64,000 nucleotides of DNA, taken from positions 124,001-188,000 of IMG/VR virus record IMGVR_UViG_3300037725_000018, one strand, 5' to 3'. The position numbers and the translations under genes are program-made. Within the stretch, counting starts at the first letter, position 1. Every line of letters starts with the position of its first letter. Below, in pieces: positions 1-8,870 of the stretch. The notes beneath the pieces were generated by a model. It was not told the DNA's origin, did no database searches, and worked only from the letters and a program-made list of their open reading frames with translations.

Positions 1-252
1 CACGTCATTCTTCCGCATTTCAGCAGATACAAACAGGACATTATATCCCGCTTCATTCATGTTCGATAGCATGTCCATCGTAAACGTAGACTTTCCGATT
101 CCCGGATCACCGAAAATCATCGTAACCGTTCCACGGGAAAGCCCACCATCTGCGGACAGGAAATCATCCAGAACATCATGCCCGGTCGAAAGAGGCTCCC
201 AAAGCTTAGGATCAATCGTTTCATTCGAAATCTTCGTCGTCTCTACAGACAT
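1..252 (-). CDS. RadA/Sms-like RecA-fold ATPase, N-terminal part (runs off window; absent from ORF track)
   Basis: Manual translation MSVETTKISNETIDPKLWEPLSTGHDVLDDFLSADGGLSRGTVTMIFGDPGIGKSTF...NVLFVSAEM; STG..LD..GG motif, Walker A GDPGIGKS, VLFVSAE. Confidence 0.85.
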   Translation of the reverse strand, partial: MSVETTKISNETIDPKLWEPLSTGHDVLDDFLSADGGLSRGTVTMIFGDPGIGKSTFTMDMLSNMNEAGYNVLFVSAEMRKNDV

Positions 253-302
253 AAAAGGACGTTGGCGTTTGTGATTGGTTGCTTTCTTTTAAATCCAATC
301 TT

Positions 303-330
303 TCAAACAAGCCTTTTTTAAAACAGTTCC
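303..330 (-). promoter_or_regulatory. Class A promoter (GGAAC-N16-TGTTTGA), representative copy
   Basis: Fixed-spacing motif found about 29 times upstream of genes; CTTCACA further upstream. Confidence 0.65.
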
Positions 331-371
331 GATTTCAAATGTGAAGCTTCTGTTTAGAAACTTAGGTTCGT

Positions 372-584
372 TTAATCTTCATCATCTTCATTGTCGTCAT
401 TTTGGGAGCGGCTTTTGTCATTTGCCATAGCCCGAAGCTTTTTTGAATCTTGCCTGCTCTTCCAATACTTCTTTTGACTTTCTTCAGAAGCGGTGCCTTT
501 GAGCTTTTGCTTCATTTGATCGGTCTTCCCTTCTTTTTCTGCCTGCTCTTTTTTTTCTTTGAACTTATCAAAAAAATCTGACAT
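372..584 (-). CDS. Hypothetical charged protein
   Basis: ATG ORF co-oriented with neighbours. Confidence 0.65.
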   Translation of the reverse strand: MSDFFDKFKEKKEQAEKEGKTDQMKQKLKGTASEESQKKYWKSRQDSKKLRAMANDKSRSQNDDNEDDED

Positions 585-618
585 TATACTACGTTACATG
601 TTTTTAGATGTTATTTTA

Positions 619-813
619 TCAATTTAAAAGTAAATTTTCTCTCTGTATGCGGCTTCTAATAGCATATACTCGTTGAGAATATGTATACTTTACTTTGTCA
701 TTTATATATTTTGAATTAATTGTGAAGAAGAATATACTTCTTTCTCTAAGACTTAATATTTCAAGGTCTGGGAACTCGCTGGATTCATTTTCAGTTAGTA
801 TAACAATAGCCAT
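619..813 (-). CDS. Micro-protein, hydrophobic N-motif family (MAIVILTENE)
   Basis: Family N-terminal motif and size. Confidence 0.6.
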   Translation of the reverse strand: MAIVILTENESSEFPDLEILSLRERSIFFFTINSKYINDKVKYTYSQRVYAIRSRIQRENLLLN

Positions 814-821
814 CGCTGTTA

Positions 822-1280
822 TTAGCCATATCTGTTTTTAATTTTGTCTTTAAGCCCAAGACCACGGTTTACATCCACGATCATGTTTCTGACTCGACCC
901 GAATGGTTTTTCCATCCGGGCTTTTCGGTGTCTTCACCATTGAAGATTTTTTGAATAGCAAACGCGGTTGCCGGGGACCTGCTTTGCCCCGCTTGACAAT
1001 GAACGAAAATATTTTCAGCTTGTGCTTTGTGTTTGTTTACAAAATCAAGAATCTTTCGGGCGTGATACTTTTGAATTGGAAGAAAACGCCCACCAAAGTC
1101 GTCTTCGGAATCGTGAAAGCTTACATAGAGAACGTCCACAAACGCTTCTTCATTAAGGCTGGCGTTTTCAATATCCGGAGAAGATATAGAAATCATAATC
1201 GTATTCAACGGAACGTCTTCTTTTGTTAGACGTTCTGCTTCTCCACGATTAAAAACCCGGATACTTTTAAACTTTTTCAT
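822..1280 (-). CDS. Protein-tyrosine/dual-specificity phosphatase
   Basis: CX5R motif VHCQAGQSRS; upstream FHD loop. Confidence 0.85.
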   Translation of the reverse strand: MKKFKSIRVFNRGEAERLTKEDVPLNTIMISISSPDIENASLNEEAFVDVLYVSFHDSEDDFGGRFLPIQKYHARKILDFVNKHKAQAENIFVHCQAGQSRSPATAFAIQKIFNGEDTEKPGWKNHSGRVRNMIVDVNRGLGLKDKIKNRYG

Positions 1281-1329
1281 AGAATATAGACATTAATATT
1301 TGAATTGAAAACAGATAAAAATTTTATAG

Positions 1330-1743
1330 TGGACCCGGCGGGATTCGAACCCGCGTCCGCAGCACCTTTGCAACATCGGTTGTCACAGTCTTAGAATGGT
1401 CTTTATTTTTGACCGACAGACTATTGTATTAGACCACACAAAAGTTTGTGGGTTTTATTTCAACCCGCTATCGGACTTGTTTTACGTTCTGCCTACCAAG
1501 CAAAACAAGTTGAAGCCCAGTAGGAATATCCGATGGTGTGTGCCTTACTCTCTATCGGAGTCGAGAAGTAAGGCTGCAGTTACGCCGCAAGAGAAGCGCC
1601 GAAGTGCTCCTCCATGTTGACGCCTGCAGGAACGCGGTTAACGTTGCCAAGTATTGATTCCGTCAGTTATTTTATGCCCACCTAACGGTAAGGGCAGACT
1701 GCCGACCTTGCTCCGCGTGCTACGTCGAAGCCGTGTCAGGCCC
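1330..1743 (-). ncRNA. ssrA: tmRNA; tag ORF 1648-1580 encodes GNVNRVPAGVNMEEHFGASLAA*
   Basis: 5' GGGCCTGACACGGCTTCGAC, 3' GCGGGTTCGAATCCCGCCGGGTCCA; G3:U acceptor wobble; tag ends LAA-stop; CCA not encoded. Confidence 0.95.
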
Positions 1744-1822
1744 ATTATGTGAAAGAACCAAGAGGGATTAGACCTTACCGAAACTGAATCGGGGTTGCCC
1801 CTTTGCCTCTTTTTGCGTGTAA

Positions 1823-1850
1823 CTAAATGGTGCTGAAAACAAGTTGTTCC
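1823..1850 (-). promoter_or_regulatory. Class A promoter upstream of tmRNA (GGAAC-N16-CATTTAG)
   Basis: Matches repeated consensus. Confidence 0.6.
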
Positions 1851-1884
1851 CCGCGAAATAAATCTTCATAGAACCTTTAAAGAG

Positions 1885-1956
1885 TGGAGGATAGGGGAAT
1901 CGAACCCCTAACTCTGCCGTGCAAAAGCAGCGTGTTTCCGTTAGCACCAATCCCCC
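1885..1956 (-). tRNA. tRNA-Ala(TGC)
   Basis: Acceptor GGGGGAT/ATCCTCC with G3:U70; anticodon loop TT-TGC-AC; T-loop GGTTCGATTCC. Confidence 0.95.
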
Positions 1957-1966
1957 ATGTCAAAAC

Positions 1967-2203
1967 TTAATACCAGAAAAAACCGTTACATAGATGATCA
2001 ATAAGTTTGTCAATTTCATTTTCGGTGTACGTATTTGCTCCAAGCGGTTTGTCTACAACAATTTTGCCAAACCGCTCGTCAAAATAGATGTACACGTTTT
2101 CAACCTTCAAGCCTTCAACGCCACGGGAGCACTTTTTAATGTACTCAACTCCCGCGCCGTCAAGCTTGTTTTTAACAGCTTCAAGCATGTCTGCGATAGC
2201 CAT
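1967..2203 (-). CDS. Hypothetical protein
   Basis: ATG ORF with class A promoter (-35 at 2253-2257). Confidence 0.7.
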   Translation of the reverse strand: MAIADMLEAVKNKLDGAGVEYIKKCSRGVEGLKVENVYIYFDERFGKIVVDKPLGANTYTENEIDKLIDHLCNGFFWY

Positions 2204-2279
2204 TTGTTCGCCTTGATAACTACACTATCCTGCACGCAAAGGAGAAAGGCTTGTTTCGTGAAGGTTTTTTGAAGACCAC

Positions 2280-2495
2280 CTACCGTTTAACTAACGTCTG
2301 GCAAACAGTGACTTGTCTTTCAATCGCAGCCCCGTTGCTTCGGGTTTCTCCACCCCAAGAAACTTGTGCGGGGCCTTCGGTTTCCCAACCTTCGTTTAAC
2401 GCACTTTCAACTTTGTTCTCAAAGTCTTTTTGATTTTTTGATTTCCCCCGATCTGTTGGGGTCCACCGTCCTGTAATAACTCTGTATCGTTTCAT
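2280..2495 (-). CDS. Hypothetical protein (DUF1737-like pattern)
   Basis: YRVIT...FENKVESALNEGW...CQTLVK. Confidence 0.6.
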   Translation of the reverse strand: MKRYRVITGRWTPTDRGKSKNQKDFENKVESALNEGWETEGPAQVSWGGETRSNGAAIERQVTVCQTLVKR

Positions 2496-2719
2496 AACTT
2501 TTGTAAGTTTAGTTCATTCAGTTTCTTCTTCCGGGTGCGGGTTCTGATCTAAAATTTCATTGCGCTTGCTTTCAGGGAGCATAAGAAACTCGTGAAAGGC
2601 AAGATCGATTCCCCGCTCTTCAAAGTCTTCTTTAATACGATTGATCTTTTCCTGCTTGTCCATAACTTGTTTTGTGTGTTGTTTATATAGATAGCTAAAT
2701 TCTCGGTTGCGTAAATGGT

Positions 2720-3325
2720 CTACGCACTTTTTTGTTTCATCCGGGAAGTGATAAGTTCATGAAGCTTGTCTACATTATGGGTATTTACGTATTTGCTGAT
2801 ATACCTTCCTGACTTCGAAAACTGTCCCTTCGATTCCATCAAATACCTTTTTCGTTGATTAATTCGTCTTAGATTTGAAGAAGAAGTGCTGTGTACATTT
2901 TTAAACTCGAAGGAATGAATCGAAAGAAGGTCCGCAAATCCGGTGTTTTCAGCCAATAGGTCAAACTTGTTTTCAGGCCGAAAACATTTCGGTGTGGTGA
3001 CAAACATGTGTTTGTCAAAACCAAAGTTTGAATATTTTGCAAAACTTATAGCCTCCTGCAAGACATTTTCAGATACATGGTCAAAATCGTCCACATAAAT
3101 GAACAAACGCCGCGTTCGACCTCTCAATTTTTGAAAGCCTGAAAGAGAAGACAAAAACTTCGTAGGATTTCGAAAGTTAGACAACTTTCCACGTTTTCGT
3201 TTAAAGGAAGCTGTAGAGGTTGAAAGAAATACATGAATGCAATCTTGGTGATTTTGATCGTTCTCTTTAGCCTTTTGGATCAGTCTTGACGTTTTTCCGG
3301 TTTGTCGTCCACTAATTTCTAACAT
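2720..3325 (-). CDS. P-loop protein (degenerate terminase/helicase-like ATPase domain)
   Basis: ISGRQTGKT Walker A; IYVDDFD Walker B-like. Confidence 0.6.
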   Translation of the reverse strand: MLEISGRQTGKTSRLIQKAKENDQNHQDCIHVFLSTSTASFKRKRGKLSNFRNPTKFLSSLSGFQKLRGRTRRLFIYVDDFDHVSENVLQEAISFAKYSNFGFDKHMFVTTPKCFRPENKFDLLAENTGFADLLSIHSFEFKNVHSTSSSNLRRINQRKRYLMESKGQFSKSGRYISKYVNTHNVDKLHELITSRMKQKSA

Positions 3326-3341
3326 AACCTTGACTTGTAGT

Positions 3342-4436
3342 TTAGTTCAAAAAGTGTGGAGTGCCTTCAATATATCCCGCATTTGTGATACGAACAAGCT
3401 CTGCATTCTCTTTAAACTCTTGCGTGGTTTTTGCCCCAACATACGAATATGCAGAGCGAAGCCCGTCTTGAATGTCAGTTAAAATTCTTTTCACCGGGCC
3501 TTTGTATTGAACTCTACTCACATTTCCTTCAATATTTCGAACCTCTCGACCATTTTCCCGTTTTGCTTTTTCACTTGCAGATCCACGGTACTCTTTGTAT
3601 AGGTCTTGACTCGGCCAACGCCCGTCGCGGTAAATTTGTCCGGGACTTTCTTTTGTTCCGGCAAACAAACTTCCACACATTACCGTATCCGCGCCAGAAG
3701 CTAACGCTTTGGCAATGTCTCCAATTTTTCGAATGCCACCATCTGCAATAACTGGAACTGGTTTATCACAAGACTTTTGATCGTATGCGGGAGCATCATT
3801 TCCCCAACCAGAATATCCGGATACATACTCTTCAGTTGTTAGTTCTTCAACAATTTTTTGGATACAAGTAATCATGGGAACTCCAACCCCGGTTCGGACT
3901 CTCGTCTCGCAAAGCGAACCGCCGCCAACTCCAACCCGAAGTGCATCGGCTCCCCAATTTACAAGGTCAACCGCCGCTTCAGGTGTTGCGATGTTTCCCG
4001 CGATAAGGTCTACATCTTCACCGAACTCACTTCGAAGCGTTTCTAGGGCTTCTTTAACGTACATGTGGTGCCCATGTGCAACGTCAACCAAAATCACATT
4101 TGCGCCAGAACGAACCAAAGACTTTGCTCGTTCAAGATAATCTCCATTTGCCCCAACAGTTCCACCGACAAGACTTTGGTCTTTTGAAATACGCTCAACC
4201 ATTTTTGTTTGCTCTTCTATCGAGCAATCTCGGTGAACGAAACCCATAGCGCCAAAATTTCGAACTTCACGTGCCATTTCAGCCCCGGTAACTGTGTCCA
4301 TTGGGCTAGAAATAACAGGAAGGTCAATTTTGTGATTTCGGGTCAGTTTCGAACGTGTGTTAACGTTTTTTCTTGACTTAACTTCGCTGTAACTTGGTGA
4401 AATATTTACGTCACTATACGTGAGATGTTCTTTCAT
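3342..4436 (-). CDS. guaB: IMP dehydrogenase/GMP reductase family, no CBS domains
   Basis: [26 protein letters not shown] catalytic Cys, IADGGIR, YRGSAS, EG flap; IMPDH vs GMPR not resolvable by eye. Confidence 0.85.
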   Translation of the reverse strand: MKEHLTYSDVNISPSYSEVKSRKNVNTRSKLTRNHKIDLPVISSPMDTVTGAEMAREVRNFGAMGFVHRDCSIEEQTKMVERISKDQSLVGGTVGANGDYLERAKSLVRSGANVILVDVAHGHHMYVKEALETLRSEFGEDVDLIAGNIATPEAAVDLVNWGADALRVGVGGGSLCETRVRTGVGVPMITCIQKIVEELTTEEYVSGYSGWGNDAPAYDQKSCDKPVPVIADGGIRKIGDIAKALASGADTVMCGSLFAGTKESPGQIYRDGRWPSQDLYKEYRGSASEKAKRENGREVRNIEGNVSRVQYKGPVKRILTDIQDGLRSAYSYVGAKTTQEFKENAELVRITNAGYIEGTPHFLN

Positions 4437-4636
4437 AACTTTTCTTTTTTAATAGATTGATAAAGCTCGTTTAGTTTTTCGGCAAGATAAGAAAGGCTCT
4501 TTACTTCTTTGGTTTGAACGCTCTTTTTAACTTCGTTTAAATCGCTTTTGTGTGGAGTAAAGTATAGGTCGTCTCCACAAAGGTCCTGCATTTTTTCGAT
4601 TTTTTGTTTGAAGTAAACCCGAACGTTATCGTTCAT
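4433..4636 (-). CDS. Hypothetical protein
   Basis: Overlapping start/stop with neighbours. Confidence 0.7.
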   Translation of the reverse strand: MNDNVRVYFKQKIEKMQDLCGDDLYFTPHKSDLNEVKKSVQTKEVKSLSYLAEKLNELYQSIKKEKL

Positions 4637-5004
4637 GTTATCGCATTGATATACTCTTTATAGAGTTCTCGTATGTCTTGAAACGGTCCTGTAGCGTCTC
4701 TGTGGTGATTAAGGATGTTATAGCAGAACGCAAGAATGTATCTGCTAAAATCGTCGTCTCGAAGATACAAAGAAGAAGACGTAAAGCTACCCACCCCGGC
4801 CTCGGTAAGTTCAATTTCAGAAAACCGAAGCGAGTCTTTCTCAAAACGAACTTCAACGGAAAGGTCATTTGTAAATTTGAAAACAACTTTCGGGTCTTCC
4901 GGATCTCCAAACCGAACAGACCGAAGTTCTTTTTGATCTAAACGCTCTTTGATTTCTTCGGTTTTTTCCCTTTCAAGTTTCTTTTTTCTTGCGCTCTTGC
5001 TCAT
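4633..5004 (-). CDS. Hypothetical protein
   Basis: Overlapping start/stop with neighbours. Confidence 0.7.
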   Translation of the reverse strand: MSKSARKKKLEREKTEEIKERLDQKELRSVRFGDPEDPKVVFKFTNDLSVEVRFEKDSLRFSEIELTEAGVGSFTSSSLYLRDDDFSRYILAFCYNILNHHRDATGPFQDIRELYKEYINAIT

Positions 5005-5678
5005 TCCGCTACATCAATAAGTTGCCAGCCGTTTTCGAGATAACCTTTTGCGTGCTTGTACTTCAACGTAGAAGCTCCAGATTGCTCTGTATCCGCTTCT
5101 TTTGTTGGTACGATAACAACCCTGTCGTTGCGACCGATCTTTTCTTTCAAGGACTTCTCGTAGGTGTTGCCCTTTCTCATTCGCCTGTCGAACATAAGAG
5201 TCCCGTTTAAGTGGTCGATTTCGTGTTGCACAGCAACAGACTCTAGAAGCTGTGGGTTTTCCATGTCCGGAAGCTCGTTGTCCGGGGTAGGTCCGAATCG
5301 AATACGGCTATCGTAGTTGTCAGACTCGACAAGAATGATTTGATTGCGCCGCGTCTCCACTTGCTCGTTCGGGAAGGAAAGACACCCTTCCACGTACCGC
5401 GCTTTTCGTTTTTGATCTACAATACGCGGGTTAACAAGATAAAACGGCTCCTGCACATTTACGACACAAATTCGTTTTTGAATTCCGATTTGAGGTGCAG
5501 AAATGCCAACGCCCCCTTTGTCACTTAACGTACGGAAAAGAGTAGCTGCAATCCGCTCTACATTATCTTCTTCTGTTACCGGATCGCTTTCTTGCTTTAA
5601 CTTTAGTTTGTCTGTAACAACAGGAACCGATTGAGGGTGTTCGTCTCCTGCAAGAATTCGTTCTACAAGGTCTTTCAT
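5001..5678 (-). CDS. def: Peptide deformylase
   Basis: GVGISAPQIG, EGCLS, QHEIDHLNG. Confidence 0.95.
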   Translation of the reverse strand: MKDLVERILAGDEHPQSVPVVTDKLKLKQESDPVTEEDNVERIAATLFRTLSDKGGVGISAPQIGIQKRICVVNVQEPFYLVNPRIVDQKRKARYVEGCLSFPNEQVETRRNQIILVESDNYDSRIRFGPTPDNELPDMENPQLLESVAVQHEIDHLNGTLMFDRRMRKGNTYEKSLKEKIGRNDRVVIVPTKEADTEQSGASTLKYKHAKGYLENGWQLIDVAE

Positions 5679-5958
5679 ATTTGATTTATAACTTCAGTTG
5701 ATGAATGGTGATTCGTCGGAAGAAGATTCACTCGCTATCTTCGCTTTCATCTTCTTCCTTCTTCTTCTTCTTTGCGTACTTGTGAAGGGAGTCGTACTTG
5801 TTTATTTCTTCGACCCACTTCTCATACGCACTCTTTTCGCTGCTGCTTTCTTCTTCAGTCATTGTTTTTGAGCTTTTTAATTTCAAAGGCAGAGAAACCC
5901 CCGTCAAGAGGCACTACATAAAACGCCAAAACACAAAGCTTGTTCCAAAAGAATGTGA

Positions 5959-6864
5959 CTATCTTGTTAAGGCGTCGTATGCAGCCGACGTTTTTGGAAT
6001 ATTTTGCTTAATCCAATTTAGAACCTCTGCCTGTACTTCTGTATTTCGTTTGTAAGGTTTTCCAGCTTCTTTCAACGTTATGTATTTGAAGTCTTTAACA
6101 ACTCGCTTTCCAGCAAACGCTTCTTCTCTGTCTTCGGGGTCTTCCGGATAAACGTCTCTGGACGGGGGCTTGGTTTTAAAATCCCCTTCTCCTTCCGGAT
6201 CTTCAAAGAATACCGTGTGCTCCGGATTACCTAAGATAACACGAACACTTCCGTTTACGCCACTTGGAGTTCCGTTCCGGACAATATCGGTCATTGTATT
6301 TGCCGCCCCTTCATGAGTTTTAAGTACAATGTCGTCGGGCACAATTCGGTCGCGGTCTCTATTTCTCTGTACAGCTATGTGGTAATCGGTAAGAACCCAA
6401 GTAATATGAATATTTTGATCTTGGTATCCTACTTCTTTTAGGTCAGGAAGAACCTCTTTGATTTGGCCGATACGTTTTAACGTAACATCAAAAAGAAGGT
6501 TTGGAAGGCGTCTTTCGTCTCGACCTTTAAGAAGGTTTAGAATCCGTTTTTCTTTAAGGCCAAGTTCGTCTGCAAACCTGTGAAGTTTTGAAACGTCTTG
6601 GGGATTTGAAAGGTCAAGACCGTCAAGCTCGGGATATCTACCTTTTGCGTCGTTGATCTTTAGAAGAAGGTCCTTAAATTGATCAACGTCAATGATTCGG
6701 AATTTATTTCCCTCCATAAAGTTTGAAATTGCAAATCCTTTCCCGGACCCTGCGCCCCCGGCTAAGAATACGACTTGCCCGTGTCTTGCACCGTTGTTAT
6801 ACAGGATTTGCTTTTCCAACAAAATTTCTCTTGTCACTTCTCGAAGCAGGTCATTAAACTTCAT
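5959..6864 (-). CDS. Zeta-toxin-like P-loop kinase with candidate head-targeting N-terminus
   Basis: VFLAGGAGSGKG, IIDVD, LLFDVT, AVQRNRDRDRIVP; N-term MKFNDLLREVTREILLE. Confidence 0.7.
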   Translation of the reverse strand: MKFNDLLREVTREILLEKQILYNNGARHGQVVFLAGGAGSGKGFAISNFMEGNKFRIIDVDQFKDLLLKINDAKGRYPELDGLDLSNPQDVSKLHRFADELGLKEKRILNLLKGRDERRLPNLLFDVTLKRIGQIKEVLPDLKEVGYQDQNIHITWVLTDYHIAVQRNRDRDRIVPDDIVLKTHEGAANTMTDIVRNGTPSGVNGSVRVILGNPEHTVFFEDPEGEGDFKTKPPSRDVYPEDPEDREEAFAGKRVVKDFKYITLKEAGKPYKRNTEVQAEVLNWIKQNIPKTSAAYDALTR

Positions 6865-6936
6865 TTGATTTTTTTGTTTACTAATGTGTTTTCATAAATG
6901 TTGCAAAGTAACTACTAATTTACGTGTATCTTCTGC

Positions 6937-6947
6937 TTTATATATAG
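6937..6947 (-). promoter_or_regulatory. Class B (late-type) promoter CTATATATAAA
   Basis: cTATAwAT motif repeated about 9 times upstream of genes. Confidence 0.55.
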
Positions 6948-6969
6948 CGCCTCAAGACTTCAAGTTTAT

Positions 6970-7752
6970 CTAAAGAGACGTACCGACCGTAATCTTTTTC
7001 GTGTTTCGATACGTTCGGTTTCTTGCGCTAAACACCGTAGGAGCAGGTTCGTTAACCCTGTAGTCCGGATCAACGAAGAACCGAAACCTCTTCTCCGCAA
7101 CGTCTATTACTTTCGTTTGCTTCATGCTGTATGCCCAACGCGGGTGTTTCTTGTGACGTGGCATAGAAACTTCGCTGTAAAAATACAGCGTTCGAATTGG
7201 AAACGGTCTCTGTGAAGAATCTGCAAACACGACTTTGGATGCAACATCAAGTGCCTCCTTCCACCGTTTTGAAGACGTAGAGGAGCTTCCGAATTGGTCA
7301 TACCAAGATTTCGTTGCGTAATACACTCGTCCCCTTCTTCCGGGATTAAACGCAGAAAACTGGTACCTGTCTAAAACAACGTCTCTGTAGGTGTGCTTGC
7401 CGTTAAAACCCATATCCACGCGATTTCGAATCACCCACCCCACATATTTCATTTCATGTAAAGAATCAGTTTCACTATAAATTGCACGCGCAGTCCAAAT
7501 CACATCCGGGTGATACTGCCGTGCATAGTGGCGAAGGCTATCGTGCTTGGCAGACAAGGTAGACAGGTCTTTACTTAAAGAATCGATTTTTAGGTTCCGG
7601 TTTTCAATTCTGTCATTTGCGTTTGAAAGTGCCCGGTTGTTTGAGACTTGAACGTATGCCAAGAACGGAAGGGCAAAAATCAAAACAAAAAGAAAGATTC
7701 CACAGACAGGTGGAGTGATAAGCTCTCGAAATATGCCGTTTCTGCTTTTCAT
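6970..7752 (-). CDS. SleB-like cell wall hydrolase with N-terminal TM and coiled coil
   Basis: ARAIYSE, VIRNRV, YQFSAFN, LYFYS. Confidence 0.85.
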   Translation of the reverse strand: MKSRNGIFRELITPPVCGIFLFVLIFALPFLAYVQVSNNRALSNANDRIENRNLKIDSLSKDLSTLSAKHDSLRHYARQYHPDVIWTARAIYSETDSLHEMKYVGWVIRNRVDMGFNGKHTYRDVVLDRYQFSAFNPGRRGRVYYATKSWYDQFGSSSTSSKRWKEALDVASKVVFADSSQRPFPIRTLYFYSEVSMPRHKKHPRWAYSMKQTKVIDVAEKRFRFFVDPDYRVNEPAPTVFSARNRTYRNTKKITVGTSL

Positions 7753-7873
7753 AGTTGTTTGTTGACTTAAAATTTTAAAGTGACTTCCCCAACTTCCGTT
7801 TAAACATAACGACCCCCCCTCCAGTTTTATTTTGAAGGGGGGATCAAACCTCTGTTAAGTAAAAACGGCTAAT

Positions 7874-8218
7874 TTACTGCTCGTTCATTTGAGTTTTTAG
7901 GTTCACCGCTTTTTGCGCTAGTTCGTAATTCTCGACAGACTCTTGCGCCGAATAGTCAATGATTTGAGTAAGCATATGTTTTGTGTCTTCTCTATTAAGA
8001 CCATATGCTCGACTACCGTAAACGAAAACGTAAACCTCTTTTTTGCCCGTATCTATCATGTGCTGGATTCTATCATAGAGTTTTTGGTATATCTTTTCGG
8101 AGTTTTCTTTGAAGAAGCGTGCAATATTTTCTTCTTCCGGAACCACAATAAGCTTATCGGTATTGATGGTTCTTGTTTTTTCTGCGCTTTCCGGGTGTAG
8201 TCTTACGGAATTCTCCAT
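7874..8218 (-). CDS. Hypothetical protein with C-terminal UVR-like motif
   Basis: ENYELAQKAVNL. Confidence 0.6.
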   Translation of the reverse strand: MENSVRLHPESAEKTRTINTDKLIVVPEEENIARFFKENSEKIYQKLYDRIQHMIDTGKKEVYVFVYGSRAYGLNREDTKHMLTQIIDYSAQESVENYELAQKAVNLKTQMNEQ

Positions 8219-8280
8219 CGTCTTTGTCAGATGCTGTCATAAGTTATGTGAATGTAAAAGTAACCACCGCAGAAGCGGTT

Positions 8281-8595
8281 TTACGATTCATCTTCTAAAA
8301 GTTCCTCCATATACGCAACAAGTTTATTTTTTCGAACAACGCCAACATGCTCTTTTACGAGTTCTCCTTTGTAGTAGACGTGAATAGTTGGAACGCTTCG
8401 AATGCCTTTCTCAGAAACGTGATCTATGTTTTCATCGATGTTAACCTTTACTATTTCGGTTCCGTCAACGTCAACTTTGTCTAATACCTTTGCAAGACGG
8501 TTACACGGCCCGCACCATTCGGCATAGTAATCTATAACCGCAACATCTGTGTTGTTGATAACATCTTCAATTTCTTCTGCCTGTATTTCTTTCAT
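8281..8595 (-). CDS. trxA: Thioredoxin
   Basis: DYYAEWCGPC, VNIDEN, GIRSVPT. Confidence 0.95.
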   Translation of the reverse strand: MKEIQAEEIEDVINNTDVAVIDYYAEWCGPCNRLAKVLDKVDVDGTEIVKVNIDENIDHVSEKGIRSVPTIHVYYKGELVKEHVGVVRKNKLVAYMEELLEDES

Positions 8596-8654
8596 GTAAT
8601 TTAAAGTAGTTTTTATCAGTTCGTTTATTAGTGTTTCGGGTGTTGTGTGTTTTT

Positions 8655-8796
8655 GGCAGCGTCCGGGAATCGAACCCGGAGAGAAAACAGGAGTGAAAAT
8701 TTACAATCCAGTTCTTATGCTGGTTTGTAAGGCCGCAAATTACCTGCCTTCTCAACGCCGAAGATCCGACTTTCGACGTGCCCATCGCAACGCTGC
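8655..8796 (-). ncRNA. tRNA-like RNA (142 nt) with acceptor stem and T-arm but no canonical anticodon arm
   Basis: GCAGCGT/ACGCTGC acceptor; CCGGG-TTCGATT-CCCGG T-arm; long internal stem GAGAAGGCAGG/CCTGTTTTCTC. Confidence 0.75.
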
Positions 8797-8870
8797 TTCA
8801 CTCATATATAAGAGACTTCAAGAAAGCTTCACACTTGAAAACGAAAGCGGTTTGGTTTGTCGTATATCTA

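Noticed and set aside
2720-3325. Terminase large subunit
   Set aside because: RQTGKT resembles the terminase Walker A, but the protein is only 201 aa with no nuclease domain.
8655-8796. Ordinary, selenocysteine or intron-containing tRNA
   Set aside because: No 5-bp stem with 7-nt anticodon loop can be rebuilt; acceptor is 7 bp; the extra arm is too short for a group I intron.
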